Origin: Dehalococcoidia bacterium
GTDB lineage: Bacteria; Chloroflexota; Dehalococcoidia; Lucifugimonadales; G958296245
Reading direction: 5' to 3'
NCBI GenBank assembly: GCA_965262055.1
Contig: CBDHEI010000002.1
Coordinates: forward strand, 3,348,347-3,412,346
Length of the DNA stretch: 64,000 nucleotides
Shown in pieces: positions 18,380 through 28,300 of this stretch (position 1 is its first letter; every line of letters starts with the position of its first letter). The notes beneath the pieces are model-generated. The model saw nothing but the letters and a program-made list of their open reading frames with translations. It did not search any database and had not been told where the DNA came from. The position numbers and the translations under genes were made by a program.

Positions 18380-19366
18380 ATGCTTGACAGAAAGCCGCTG
18401 GGACGCACGGGACGCACCATTAGCTCCATAGGGCTGGGATGCGTGACCTTCGGAAGGGAGATCGACGAGGACACGTGCTACCAGGTGATGGATCACGCCC
18501 TCGAGAACGGCATCGACTTCTTCGATACGGCCGAGGGCTACGGTGGCGGTCAGTCTTACGCGGGCCGCAAGGAGGCCGAGGGCGGCGAGGTCCAGAAAGA
18601 GGTAACGACCGAGATGTACTCCTCCGAGAAGATCATCGGTCGCTGGATGAAGCTGCGAGGCAACCGGGACGACGTGACCGTCTGCACCAAGTTCAGCTAC
18701 GGTGGCAGCCCGGAGCAGGTCGTCAAGTCCTTGAACGGCAGCCTGGAGCACCTCGGCGTCGACAGCGTGGACGTCTACAAAATGCACTCCCCCGACGACA
18801 CCGTGCCCATAGCAGAAACCCTCGACGCGCTGAATGAGCAGGTGAACGCCGGACTCATAGGCGCGATCGGATGCAGCAACTTCTCCTATGAGCAGATGCG
18901 AGAGGCCCTGGACGTAAGCGACTCCAGGGGCTACGCCCGCTTCCAGATAACCCAGCCCATCTACAATCTAGCCGTGCCCGACGCCGACCGGGACCTCCTC
19001 CCCCTGTGCACCAGGGAGGGCGTCGCAGTCACCCCATACAGCCCCCTGGGCGCCGGCTTCCTCGCCGGAAAGTACACTCCAGACCGCTCCAAGTTCCCCA
19101 AGGGCACGCGCTACGACATCATGCCCGGCCACGCCGACGTCTACTTTTCGGACAGGAACTTCCGGGTCGTCGAACAGCTCAGGGCCAAGTCGGAGGAGCT
19201 TGGCGTGCCCATGGTCCGTCTTGCCATGGCCTGGGTGATGACCAACCCAGACGTCTCCGCAGCCCTCATAGGCGCAAGGTCCACCAGCCACGTCGACAAC
19301 GCCCTGCTGTCTTACAACGAAGGCCTCGGTCCCGACCTCAGAAGCGAGATGACAGCCTGGAACTAG
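18380..19366 (+). CDS. Aldo/keto reductase
   Basis: 328-aa ORF. GLGCVTFG, DTAEGYG and the later AKR signature regions. AGGAGA lies upstream of the ATG. Confidence 0.85.
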   Translation: MLDRKPLGRTGRTISSIGLGCVTFGREIDEDTCYQVMDHALENGIDFFDTAEGYGGGQSYAGRKEAEGGEVQKEVTTEMYSSEKIIGRWMKLRGNRDDVTVCTKFSYGGSPEQVVKSLNGSLEHLGVDSVDVYKMHSPDDTVPIAETLDALNEQVNAGLIGAIGCSNFSYEQMREALDVSDSRGYARFQITQPIYNLAVPDADRDLLPLCTREGVAVTPYSPLGAGFLAGKYTPDRSKFPKGTRYDIMPGHADVYFSDRNFRVVEQLRAKSEELGVPMVRLAMAWVMTNPDVSAALIGARSTSHVDNALLSYNEGLGPDLRSEMTAWN

Positions 19367-19408
19367 CTAGGATGCGGCTGTGCTGCCACGCATGGCTGTC
19401 ATCTGAGC

Positions 19409-20617
19409 TTGCCAATTATGAGTCAATCGCCGCCGCGCAGCCGCTCCCTCAAGCCGGTCGCCCAGAGCGGCCCAGCGACCCGCATTGAACGGGCCATAAA
19501 GACGCTGGCCCGCGAGATGGGCTTCGACCTCGTCGGCATCGCCTCCGCGGGGCCTTTCCTGCGTGACGAGGAGGCCGCCGTGCAACGCGTGCGCGACGGG
19601 CTGATGGACGGCCTGCCCTGGTACACCGAAGAGCGCGTCCGCAAGGCAACGCACCCGGAGAAGCTGCTGCCTGGGGCCAAGTCCATAGTCTCCCTCGCCA
19701 TGAGCTACTTCACAGGCGACCCCATGCCCGGGCAGACTGCCCCACGCGGCAAGATAGCGCGTTACGCTTGGGGCGACGACTACCATGACGTCATGAAGAA
19801 GCGCCTCCGCCGGTTCGTCGAGGCGCTCCCGGAGGCGGCCGGCAGGCCGGTCAGGACGAGGATATTCGTAGACGACGGGCCAATGAACGACCGAGCCGCC
19901 GCCGAACGCGCCGGGGTAGGATGGTTCGGCAAGAACACCAACATCCTAACGCCCAGCCACGGCTCGTGGGTCCTGCTGGGCCAGGTCATAACCGACCTCG
20001 ACCTGGGGCCTGACCCTCCCCTGCTGAAGAACTGCGGAGAGTGCGTCAGGTGTATCGACGCCTGCCCCACCGGCGCGATCGTCGCCCCCTACGTCATAGA
20101 CAACAGGAAGTGTATCTCCTTCCTCACCATCGAGCTGCGCGGTCCCATCCCCCGCGAGCTCCGTCCCCTGGTAGCCGACTGGGTGTTTGGGTGCGACATC
20201 TGCCAGGACGTATGCCCAGTCAACCGCGACGCGGAGCGCGGGATCGAGCCGGCATTCGAGCAACGCCACGACTTCGGCGCTCCTGCACTGCTGCCTCTGC
20301 TGGAGCTAGACGACGATGCCTTTCGCGAACGCTTCCGCAACAGCCCCATCAAGAGGGCAAAGAGAATCGGCCTTCAGCGCAACGTCTGCGTCGCCCTCGG
20401 CAACATTGGCGACCGCTCAGCCGTGCCCAGCCTCGCGCGCAGCATGACCCGGGGAGAGCCGCTGGTCAGGTCGCACGCCGCGTGGGCGCTTGGGCGCATC
20501 GGAGGGCGCCCGGCCATCACCGCCCTCGAAGCGGCCCTTGCCCGCGAACCGGAAGCTGAGACGCGCGAGGAGATCGAGTCGGCACTAGCGGAGGCGCGAG
20601 ACCCGGCAGCGCCCTGA
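19409..20617 (+). CDS. queG: tRNA epoxyqueuosine(34) reductase
   Basis: 402-aa ORF. Two 4Fe-4S ferredoxin motifs (CGECVRCIDACPTGAI, CDICQDVCPVN) and C-terminal HEAT-like repeats (SHAAWALGRIG), matching QueG architecture. The start may be the ATG at 19418 rather than TTG at 19409. Confidence 0.85.
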   Translation: MPIMSQSPPRSRSLKPVAQSGPATRIERAIKTLAREMGFDLVGIASAGPFLRDEEAAVQRVRDGLMDGLPWYTEERVRKATHPEKLLPGAKSIVSLAMSYFTGDPMPGQTAPRGKIARYAWGDDYHDVMKKRLRRFVEALPEAAGRPVRTRIFVDDGPMNDRAAAERAGVGWFGKNTNILTPSHGSWVLLGQVITDLDLGPDPPLLKNCGECVRCIDACPTGAIVAPYVIDNRKCISFLTIELRGPIPRELRPLVADWVFGCDICQDVCPVNRDAERGIEPAFEQRHDFGAPALLPLLELDDDAFRERFRNSPIKRAKRIGLQRNVCVALGNIGDRSAVPSLARSMTRGEPLVRSHAAWALGRIGGRPAITALEAALAREPEAETREEIESALAEARDPAAP

Positions 20618-20697
20618 CCAACTAGCCTCGGGATCCTACCCTAGCAGGCTGCTGAAATACGGGGTGTGCAGAAGGGCGGAGCCCCTTTGCCGGGAGT

Positions 20698-20724
20698 CTG
20701 AGGGTGCCCCTCAGATATAATTTT
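20698..20724 (+). terminator. Candidate intrinsic terminator downstream of queG
   Basis: Perfect hairpin CTGAGGG-tgc-CCCTCAG (20698-20714), followed by atataatttt. Confidence 0.4.
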
Positions 20725-20955
20725 CCCTCTTTCCTGTATTAGGAAGGAGTCTGAAGAAGGTCAGGAAGAGGTTTTTCCGAAGCCTGCTAGTCCAGTAGGT
20801 GTCAGTTTGTGACCCTTCGTGCCCTTGGTGGATAGCTTAAACAGGGGTTGCCCAACCGCCCAAATGGGATATAGAGTACGGGCCGCCTGACTTGTATGTA
20901 CCGTGGCCGGAGCGGCTGACAGCACGGCCCCATGATGAGGAGAAAGGACAGCGCC

Positions 20956-21915
20956 ATGAAGATTCTGCTCGCCGGAGTGCCGGAAAACGAGACCGAGAGG
21001 CGGACCGCCGTCTTGAGAAACGCCTACCCTGACGCCGAGTTCGTTGTCGCCTCCACAGACGAGGAGCAGATGGAGAAGATACGGGACGCCGACGCATACT
21101 ACGGCTGGCCCTCCCGGGAAGTATACCTCGCCGCCGAGAAGCTTCGATGGGTGCACTGCCCCGGCACCGGCATCGACCAGATCACCAAGATACCGGAGCT
21201 CGTCGAGAGCGACGTAGTGGTCACCAACACGAAGGGCCCCCACGTGGCGCCTATGGCCGACCACGTGATGGGGATGATCGTAATGCTCGCCCACAGGTGG
21301 CGGGAGCTTATGGAAGACCAGCGTCTCCACCGCTGGGAGACCGGCAAGTACCACAATACCTACGTTCAGCTCGAAGAGTCCACCATGGGAATCCTGGCCG
21401 TGGGCGACATCGGCGCCGCCGTCGCACGCAGGGCCAACGGGTTCGGCATGAATATCTACGCCGTCGACGTCCAGCCGCACAACCTCCCCGAGGTCAGGGA
21501 AGTCTGGGGCCCGGAGCGCCTCGACGATCTGCTCGCAATGTCGGACTGGTTCGTCGTCACCGCTCCGCTGACGCCAGCGACCCGCAACCTTATCGACGCT
21601 CGCAGGCTCGGCCTGATGAAGGAGAGCTCCCGCCTCATCGTCATCTCCCGGGGAGGCATCGTCAACGAGGACGCATTGGTCGACGCCCTGCAGTCGGGCA
21701 GTATCGCCGGCGCAGCCCTGGATGCCTTCGAGCCCGAGCCCCTGACCAGTGACAGCCCCCTCTGGGACATGCACAACGTCATCATAACGCCGCATGCCTC
21801 CGCCTACACCACGGACCTGCTTACGGGGCGCTGGCAGGTGTACGTGGACTACCTCGAGTGCTTCATGACCGGCAAGCCCTTCCCCTACGTATGCGACAAG
21901 CGCGGCGGCTACTAG
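20956..21915 (+). CDS. D-isomer-specific 2-hydroxyacid dehydrogenase family protein
   Basis: NAD-binding motif GILAVGDIGAAVARRA and conserved ...VIITPHAS near the C-terminus. I chose the start at MKILLAG (20956), preceded by AAGGA; the ORF track starts at 20932. Confidence 0.85.
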   Translation: MKILLAGVPENETERRTAVLRNAYPDAEFVVASTDEEQMEKIRDADAYYGWPSREVYLAAEKLRWVHCPGTGIDQITKIPELVESDVVVTNTKGPHVAPMADHVMGMIVMLAHRWRELMEDQRLHRWETGKYHNTYVQLEESTMGILAVGDIGAAVARRANGFGMNIYAVDVQPHNLPEVREVWGPERLDDLLAMSDWFVVTAPLTPATRNLIDARRLGLMKESSRLIVISRGGIVNEDALVDALQSGSIAGAALDAFEPEPLTSDSPLWDMHNVIITPHASAYTTDLLTGRWQVYVDYLECFMTGKPFPYVCDKRGGY

Positions 21916-22117
21916 CTTGGTGGAGCATGTAGGGCCCTGCGAGCGATTACGCCGACGCCCAAGCTGGTATGACCATCTAGAGGCATCGCGAGCTGAATAC
22001 GGAATCGTGGGCGCTGTAAGCAGCACCAGCGCCATGCCGACTTATGGTTTCCCCTATGTCGGCTCGTCTAGCTGGACCTACATCCCGGCGAGAAACCACG
22101 AATATCTGAGGTAGACC

Positions 22118-22513
22118 ATGAAAATCACTCGGAACAACCACGAGGACATATACCCCGCCGGCCCAACCTACGTCCGCGCGGTCCGAGCCGGAGGCACACT
22201 CTACGTTTCCGGCTGTACGGCGCGCCACTCGGAGGCGGAGGGAGGGCCGGAGCTCGATCAGCTCCGTGTCACGTTGGACCGCATCGTGCGCATAGTCGAG
22301 GCAGAAGGTGGGACCGCCTCCAATATCGTGTCTATGACGACCTACGCCACCGATATTACTGAGATGTGGCCCATCGAGGGCGAGCAGGTAGAGATATGGG
22401 ACCACTTCTTCAAAGGCGTGTGGCCCGCCAACGCCTACATCGAGGTCTCAGCGCTCGCCGATCCGCGCCTCAACGTTGAGGTCACGGCCATTGCGGTGCT
22501 CGGCGAGGCTTGA
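22118..22513 (+). CDS. RidA/YjgF/TdcF family reactive-intermediate deaminase
   Basis: 131-aa ORF. Length and motifs (LYVSGCTA..., NAYIEVSALADPRLNVEV) are typical of the RidA family. Confidence 0.85.
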   Translation: MKITRNNHEDIYPAGPTYVRAVRAGGTLYVSGCTARHSEAEGGPELDQLRVTLDRIVRIVEAEGGTASNIVSMTTYATDITEMWPIEGEQVEIWDHFFKGVWPANAYIEVSALADPRLNVEVTAIAVLGEA

Positions 22514-22542
22514 TTCCTCATTGCAAGGCGAAGCGGCGCGGG

Positions 22543-22689
22543 CTACTCTTCCTCCTCCCGCCGCTTCCGCTTCCTCCTGATCACCTCGACCTCGGGGGAG
22601 ACGAACTCGGACGACGGCGCGAGAACGTGGCTCTCCACCTTCTTCTTGACCTTCTTGGTTTCTCTCTTGGGGGCGTGACCCTTGGGCAT
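22543..22689 (-). CDS. Small highly basic protein (48 aa), hypothetical
   Basis: Hand translation gives MPKGHAPKRETKKVKKKVESHVLAPSSEFVSPEVEVIRRKRKRREEEE. GGAGG lies 6 nt upstream of the ATG. It falls below the ORF-track length cutoff. Confidence 0.4.
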   Translation of the reverse strand: MPKGHAPKRETKKVKKKVESHVLAPSSEFVSPEVEVIRRKRKRREEEE

Positions 22690-22802
22690 GTCCGACCTCC
22701 GTCCCTTATACGCCGCTCGCCGGCACAGTCGCTACCCACAGAGTTTAGAGCAGCAGCCGAGCCCCTGTAAACCCTGGTTTGGTCGAGGGCTCCTGCGCAC
22801 GG

Positions 22803-22831
22803 TTGACCATTGCGAATGTTTGTGCTATGAT
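22803..22831 (+). promoter_or_regulatory. Strong sigma70-type promoter with extended -10 (TTGACC-N17-TGcTATGAT), start of composite element B
   Basis: TTGACC at 22803-22808, a 17-nt spacer, TG at 22823-22824, and TATGAT at 22826-22831. No ORF follows for ~340 nt. Confidence 0.5.
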
Positions 22832-22953
22832 CTCTCTGTGGCAGAGGGATGGCCCGCGCGGCGGTCCCGTCTTCTCCCTTAGCGACTTCCCATCGAACGG
22901 GAGAGGATGGGGAGATGCCCCCGTACTCGATACGGGTGAGGTCCCCAGCCAGC

Positions 22954-23063
22954 GTGTCACTTTCTATCACATTCGGTCACTTTCGAGTCCCGTTCCGCCA
23001 CATCGGCGTCACCTCACTGTAACGTGGCCCATAGCTAAAGGTGACAGAACGTGACAAAACGTT
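22954..23063. repeat. Opposed arrays of phased TGTCAC/GTGACA-type units (element B)
   Basis: gTGTCACtttc, TATCACattc and GGTCACtttc have TCAC at 22957, 22967 and 22977 (10-bp period). cGTCAC and cTCAC lie at 23008-23017. Then GTGACAgaac and GTGACAaaac at 23041 and 23051. Confidence 0.6.
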
Positions 23064-23110
23064 GCGGGCACGCGAAATCCACACCCTCCTCCTTGCCAAT
23101 CCGAACCGTG

Positions 23111-23139
23111 TTGTCTCGCCGAAGGCCATTGATTATAAT
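23111..23139 (+). promoter_or_regulatory. Candidate proximal promoter of ilvE (TTGTCT-N17-TATAAT)
   Basis: TTGTCT at 23111-23116, a 17-nt spacer, and consensus TATAAT at 23134-23139. The ilvE ATG is at 23176, with AGGAGG at 23165-23170. Confidence 0.5.
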
Positions 23140-23175
23140 GTGCCGCAGCTTCGGACCCCCACTCAGGAGGACGAG

Positions 23176-24105
23176 ATGCCCCAGGCGATGGCTTACTTTC
23201 GCGGCGAGATAGTCCCTATCGCCGACGCGAAAGTAAGCATCATGACCCACGCCCTGCACTACGGCACGGCCGTGTTCGAGGGCGTTCGGGGCAACTGGAA
23301 CGAGGATAAGCAGACCCTCTTCGCCTTCAGGCTGCGCGAGCACTACGAGCGGCTGCTCCAAGGCTGCCGCATCATGATGATCGACATCCCCTACGGCGTG
23401 GACGACCTCTGCGACATCACCTCCACCCTCCTACAGACCTGCGGCTACACCGAGGACGTCTACATCAGGCCGATAGCCTACAAGAGCGAGGAGCTCGTCG
23501 CGAACCTCATGCTCCAGCGCCTGAGCAGCGACTTCGCCCTGGTGGTGGTTCCGTTCGGCTCGTACATAGAGACCGAAGGCGCCATACACTGCTGCACCTC
23601 CTCCTGGCGCCGCCTGGAGGACACCAACATACCGCCGAGATTGAAGGTGTCCGGCGCCTACGTCAACATGATCCTCGCCAAGACCGAGGCAACCCTGGCA
23701 GGCTTCGACGAGGCCATACTGCTCAACCAGAACAGTACCGTCTCCGAGGGCGCGGGCGAGAGCCTGTTCCTCGTCTCCGGCGGCACCATCCATACTCCGA
23801 TGCTGGGCGACAACAACCTGACCGGCATAACCCGGGACTCCGTTTTTCAGCTTGCCAAGAACGAGTTAGGGTTGGAGATAGTCGAGAGGCACATCTCCCG
23901 TAGCGAGCTCTATCTTGCCGACGAGGTCTTCCTCACCGGGACCGCGGCCCACATCACCCCGGTCGGAAAGCTGGACTACCGAACAATCGGGACCGGAGAG
24001 ATAGGCCCGGTAACCCAATCGCTCAGCGAGATCTACGCCTCGGTCGTCCGGGGAGACGCCCCCCGCTACATGCATTGGTGTATGGCGGTGCCGCTGGAGC
24101 GTTGA
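23176..24105 (+). CDS. ilvE: Branched-chain amino acid aminotransferase (class IV PLP enzyme)
   Basis: The start MPQAMAYFRGEIVPIADAKVSIMTHALHYGTAVFEGVRG matches IlvE N-termini, and AGGAGG lies 5 nt upstream. The 23041 ORF start would translate the repeat array. Confidence 0.9.
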   Translation: MPQAMAYFRGEIVPIADAKVSIMTHALHYGTAVFEGVRGNWNEDKQTLFAFRLREHYERLLQGCRIMMIDIPYGVDDLCDITSTLLQTCGYTEDVYIRPIAYKSEELVANLMLQRLSSDFALVVVPFGSYIETEGAIHCCTSSWRRLEDTNIPPRLKVSGAYVNMILAKTEATLAGFDEAILLNQNSTVSEGAGESLFLVSGGTIHTPMLGDNNLTGITRDSVFQLAKNELGLEIVERHISRSELYLADEVFLTGTAAHITPVGKLDYRTIGTGEIGPVTQSLSEIYASVVRGDAPRYMHWCMAVPLER

Positions 24106-24124
24106 CGACGCCCCAGCGCCGGAT

Positions 24125-25258
24125 ATGTTCAGCTTCGCGACCGACTACTACCTCTTCACGTTCGCGGCAACAGTAGGCGTAATCCAGATAGCCGCTTCCA
24201 TCGGGCGTCTCTACGGACTCCTCTTCGTACCCTCCCTCACCGCGGCGCGGCTGCTTGGGACTGCACTCACACTGGGTTCGATCCTCTGGTTCTTCGGTTC
24301 CGCCGACCGCAACATCAACGACACCGCCGGCGGGCTGGACGCCAACGCTCAGGCCGTCCTCTTCCTCCTAGGCGCGCTCCCCGCGCTTGCGCTCACGCTC
24401 ATAGCCTCGTCGCTCGCCAACTTCAGGATGGCTCCGGCGCCCGGCCCGGCAACGGACGGACTCGACGCGCTGCGCTCTTCGGGCTACTTCCGCGCGCTTG
24501 CGGCGAGCCTGCGCGCCGGGCGTAGCTGGAGCCGAGACTGGAACCTGGGGCGACTGGGACTCACTTTCGCCGCCGGAGGCGTGGCCCTGGCCGGACTCGC
24601 GTTCGTGTGGACCACCGGCAGCTCCGGCGCCCTGCCCTCCCTCAACTGGCTGACCGGCTCTGCCCCGGTGACCGGTCTGTTGGACATCGACGAAAGCATC
24701 CTGCTCTGGGTGAACAGGTGGACCGGCACGGCTGTTTGGCTCGACAGCGTGATAGAGTTGCTCGTGAGCGACTACATGGTTGCGGTCAGCATGGCTCTGG
24801 TGCTCGTCGGCCTCTGGTTCACCGGGAAGGACGCCGGAGAGAGGAATAGGCACCAGGAAGGGATTCTGGCAGCCCTTGCAGCGATGGCCCTTTCGAGTTG
24901 GTCCGTCTACGCGATCAACGGCGTGTACCAGCGTCCTAGGCCGTTTGTGGACAACGACATCGCGGTCCTGTTCTACTACCCGACGGACCCATCCTTCCCC
25001 TCCAATTCGGCGGCGGCCACCTTCGCCCTGGCAGCCGCGGTATGGGTCGTCAACCGGAAAGTTGGCACCGTCATGCTGGCGGCGGCCGTGGCGCTCGGTT
25101 TCTCGCGCGTTTACGCTGGGGTACACTACCCCCTCGACGTACTCGCCGGGTGCGGTATAGGCGTGGTGATAGCGCTTCTCGTACATAGGCTGCGGGCGCT
25201 GCTCGAGCCACTGCCTTCGCTGGCGCTCAGGGCTGCCCGGGTGCTATGTCTTGCATGA
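24125..25258 (+). CDS. Polytopic membrane protein with C-terminal PAP2 (type 2 phosphatidic acid / undecaprenyl-PP phosphatase-like) domain
   Basis: 377-aa ORF. PAP2 motifs RPRPF, SFPSNSA and SRVYAGVHYPLDVLAG. The N-terminal ~200 aa is an extra multi-TM region. Confidence 0.8.
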   Translation: MFSFATDYYLFTFAATVGVIQIAASIGRLYGLLFVPSLTAARLLGTALTLGSILWFFGSADRNINDTAGGLDANAQAVLFLLGALPALALTLIASSLANFRMAPAPGPATDGLDALRSSGYFRALAASLRAGRSWSRDWNLGRLGLTFAAGGVALAGLAFVWTTGSSGALPSLNWLTGSAPVTGLLDIDESILLWVNRWTGTAVWLDSVIELLVSDYMVAVSMALVLVGLWFTGKDAGERNRHQEGILAALAAMALSSWSVYAINGVYQRPRPFVDNDIAVLFYYPTDPSFPSNSAAATFALAAAVWVVNRKVGTVMLAAAVALGFSRVYAGVHYPLDVLAGCGIGVVIALLVHRLRALLEPLPSLALRAARVLCLA

Positions 25259-25324
25259 CGTGAGCGGCGCGACCGCAGTGAGTACCGTAGGAATCTGTAA
25301 GTAAGGCCCAACTGGAGGACTGCC

Positions 25325-28300
25325 TTGTACTTCAACCTCCGCCTCTTCGGGATGACCAAGGGGCTGCGACTCCGCATACTGGTCGCGGCGGTGGCCGGCC
25401 TGCTGACTGTCGCAGCCAGCATAGCCCGGCTTGCCCTGACAGGCATCGTCCTCGCTAAGGTCTTCCAGGGTGACAGCTTCTCGACACTCGTCCTACCCTT
25501 GGGCATCCTGGTAGTGCTCATTCTCGTCAGAGGCGCCCTCCAGCACTTCAGGGACAACGTTAGCTACAAGACCGCTGCGGAGACCAAGGTCGCCCTCAGG
25601 CAGAGGCTCTACCAGCACGCGCTCGCCCTAGGCCCCGGCCACTTCGACCGACGCCGCACGGGGGAGGTGACGACGTTCCTTGTAGATGGCGTGGAAAACC
25701 TGGAGACTTTCTTCGGCCAGTACCTGCCACAGTTCATAGTGGCGGCAGTGGCCCCTCTGCTGATCTTCGGATTCATGGCCTTCCTGGACGTGCGAATCGG
25801 GCTCATCTTCGTGGTGTTCGCGCTCTTCACCCTCCTGGCCCCATCCTTCATACAGAAGGCCAACCGGCCGCGTACGATCGCGCGCCGGGACGCTTGGGGG
25901 ACCATGGGCGCCGACATGCTGGACTCCATACAGGGCCTGGGCACTCTGAAGGCGTTTGGGCAGAGCAAGGCCCGCGGCGAGCTGCTGGCCAAACGGGCGC
26001 GGGACGTGTTCCGCACTACGATGTGGATGCTCGCGGCAGACGGAGCTTCGGGAGCGGCTACGGTGCTCGGCATCTCCGCCGGCGCGGCGGTTGCCCTCGT
26101 ATGGGGCGGCGTCAAGGTGAGCAACGGCGAGCTGGAGCTGTCGGCGCTCCTGATCATCCTGATGCTGGGAGCCGAGGTGTTCAGGCCTATGCGCGAGCTG
26201 GCCCAGCTATACCACCTTGGTATGACGGCCATGTCGTCTGCCGAGGGGGTGTTTGCCCTGCTGGACACACCTGTAGAAATCAAGTCGCCGGCCACGCCCT
26301 CGGGGGCGCCGGAGGGCCGCCTGGAGCCGCAGATCACCTTCGAAGGTGTGACCTTCGGATACGAGAAAGGCAGGCGCGAAGCGCTCCACGACGTTTCCTT
26401 CACGCTACGCAAAGGTGAGCGTCTTGGCGTCGTGGGTCCCAGCGGCGCGGGCAAGTCGACGCTGGTCTGGCTTATGCTACGGCTCTACGACCCCCAACAG
26501 GGCCGCGTGCTGCTCGGAGGCCATGACCTCCGGGAGCTTCCCCTGGACGTGCTCAGGGAGCAGGTCTCCGTCGTGACCCAAGACACCTATCTGTTTCAAG
26601 GAACGGTGGCTGAGAACCTGCGCCTCGGCAGGCCCGACGCTTCCCGCGAGGACCTGGAGAAGGCCGCTGTCGCTGCCAACGCCCACGAGTTCATAACCGC
26701 CCTGCCGAACGGCTACGACAGCGAGATAGGCGAACGCGGGGTGAGGCTCTCCGGTGGCGAGAGACAGCGTATCGCGATAGCTCGCGCGCTACTGAAGTCG
26801 GCCCCGATCCTGCTTTTGGACGAGGCCCTGTCCAACGTCGACGCCGAGAACGAATCGGTGATCCAAGAGGCGCTCGATCGGCTCATGGAGGGCAGGACCA
26901 CTCTGGTCATTGCGCATCGCCTGTCCAGCGTGGTCGGCGCGGACCGGATCATCGTGCTCGACCAAGGCCGCGTGATGGAGTCCGGCACCCACGCCGAGCT
27001 TGCGGCCTCCGGCGGCATATACTCCCGGCTGATGGCCGACCAGCAGGTCGGCGAGATCCCGGACCTGATCGCGGCGGCGATAGTGGATGACCCCCGCGCC
27101 TCAGATGCCGACGAACGCGGGCAGCCCTCCGGCGACTCGCCGGCGTGGCAGCCTGTCAGGTCAGTGGGCCGTTGGGAGAACTGGACACGCCTCACGGCCC
27201 TCGTGCGCCGGTGGTGGGTACAGGTGGCCGTCACGCTGGCCTTGGGCCTGCTATACCACGGGTCTACGATCGCCCTCGGGGCCGTTAGCGCCCTACTCGT
27301 AGCCGCCGTCTTCAACGAGGAGCCCTTCTGGTTCCTGGTCGCCTTGCTGGCCGTGCTGACGCCGCTGTCCGCGATGACCCGGTGGGGCGAGTCCTGGATC
27401 TCCCACCACGTGGCCTTCAAGCTACTGGCCGAGATGAGGATCGAGATGTACCGGAGGCTCGAGCCGTTGGCCCCCGCGTACCTGGTAAAGCGCCGCTCGG
27501 GTGACCTGGTCAGCATCGCCGGTGACGACATCGAGAAGATCGAGTACTTCTTCGCCCACACCATCACACCCGCGATGATAGCGGTCCTTGCACCTGGTGC
27601 CGTTCTGGCAGTACTGGCGTTTCTGGCTTGGCCGTTGGCGCTGGTCCTCCTGCCCTTCCTGGCTGTTGGCGCGTTGAGCCCCTTCATAGCCCAGGTCCGG
27701 ACGGAGCGGGTGGCAATGGAGATGCGTAGGCACCTCGGTAGGCTGAACGCATACCTCGTCGACGGCATCCAGGGTATGCGCGAGATCGTAGCATTCGGTG
27801 CCGGACGGCGCCGCTTACAGGAGACGACGCGGCGAGGCCAGGACCTCGCGGACCACCGCATGCGGTTCCTCAAGTCACAGTCGGCGCATTCGGCGACCAT
27901 CGAAGTGCTGACGGCGCTGGCCGGACTGTCGGTGTTGTCCCTCGGCGCGTGGCTGGTAGCGCAGGGCCAGATGGAGCCCACCGACCTGCCCCTGGCCACA
28001 CTGCTAGCCCTGTCGTCCTTCAGCCCGGTGACGGAGCTAGCGGTCACGTTGAAGCAGCTAATCGAGACCCTGGCGTCGTCCCGCCGCGTCTTCGAGGTGT
28101 ACGACGAACCGGTCGCCGTACACGACGGGCCGGGGTTAGGCCCTGACGCTAGCCGGGAGGACGACGGCGCCCCTTCCATAGACTTCCAAGACGTGGGCTT
28201 CTCGTACGACCCGGACCTCAGGCGCGCGCTGGACAACGTCAGCTTCGAGACGGGGTCAGGCGCCACGGTAGCGCTCGTGGGGCGCTCGGGCGCGGGCAAG

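Noticed and set aside
20761-22035. 424-aa minus-strand ORF.
   Set aside because: It is antisense to the 2-hydroxyacid dehydrogenase gene and extends across intergenic DNA. No motifs are present.
23041-23175. N-terminal 45-codon extension of ilvE proposed by the ORF track (similar extensions at 17049, 30157, 34735, 45837, 54446 and 63573).
   Set aside because: These extensions overlap upstream genes or repeat arrays, lack an RBS, and are absent from the conserved N-termini of the families. Internal starts with GGAGG-type RBS fit better.
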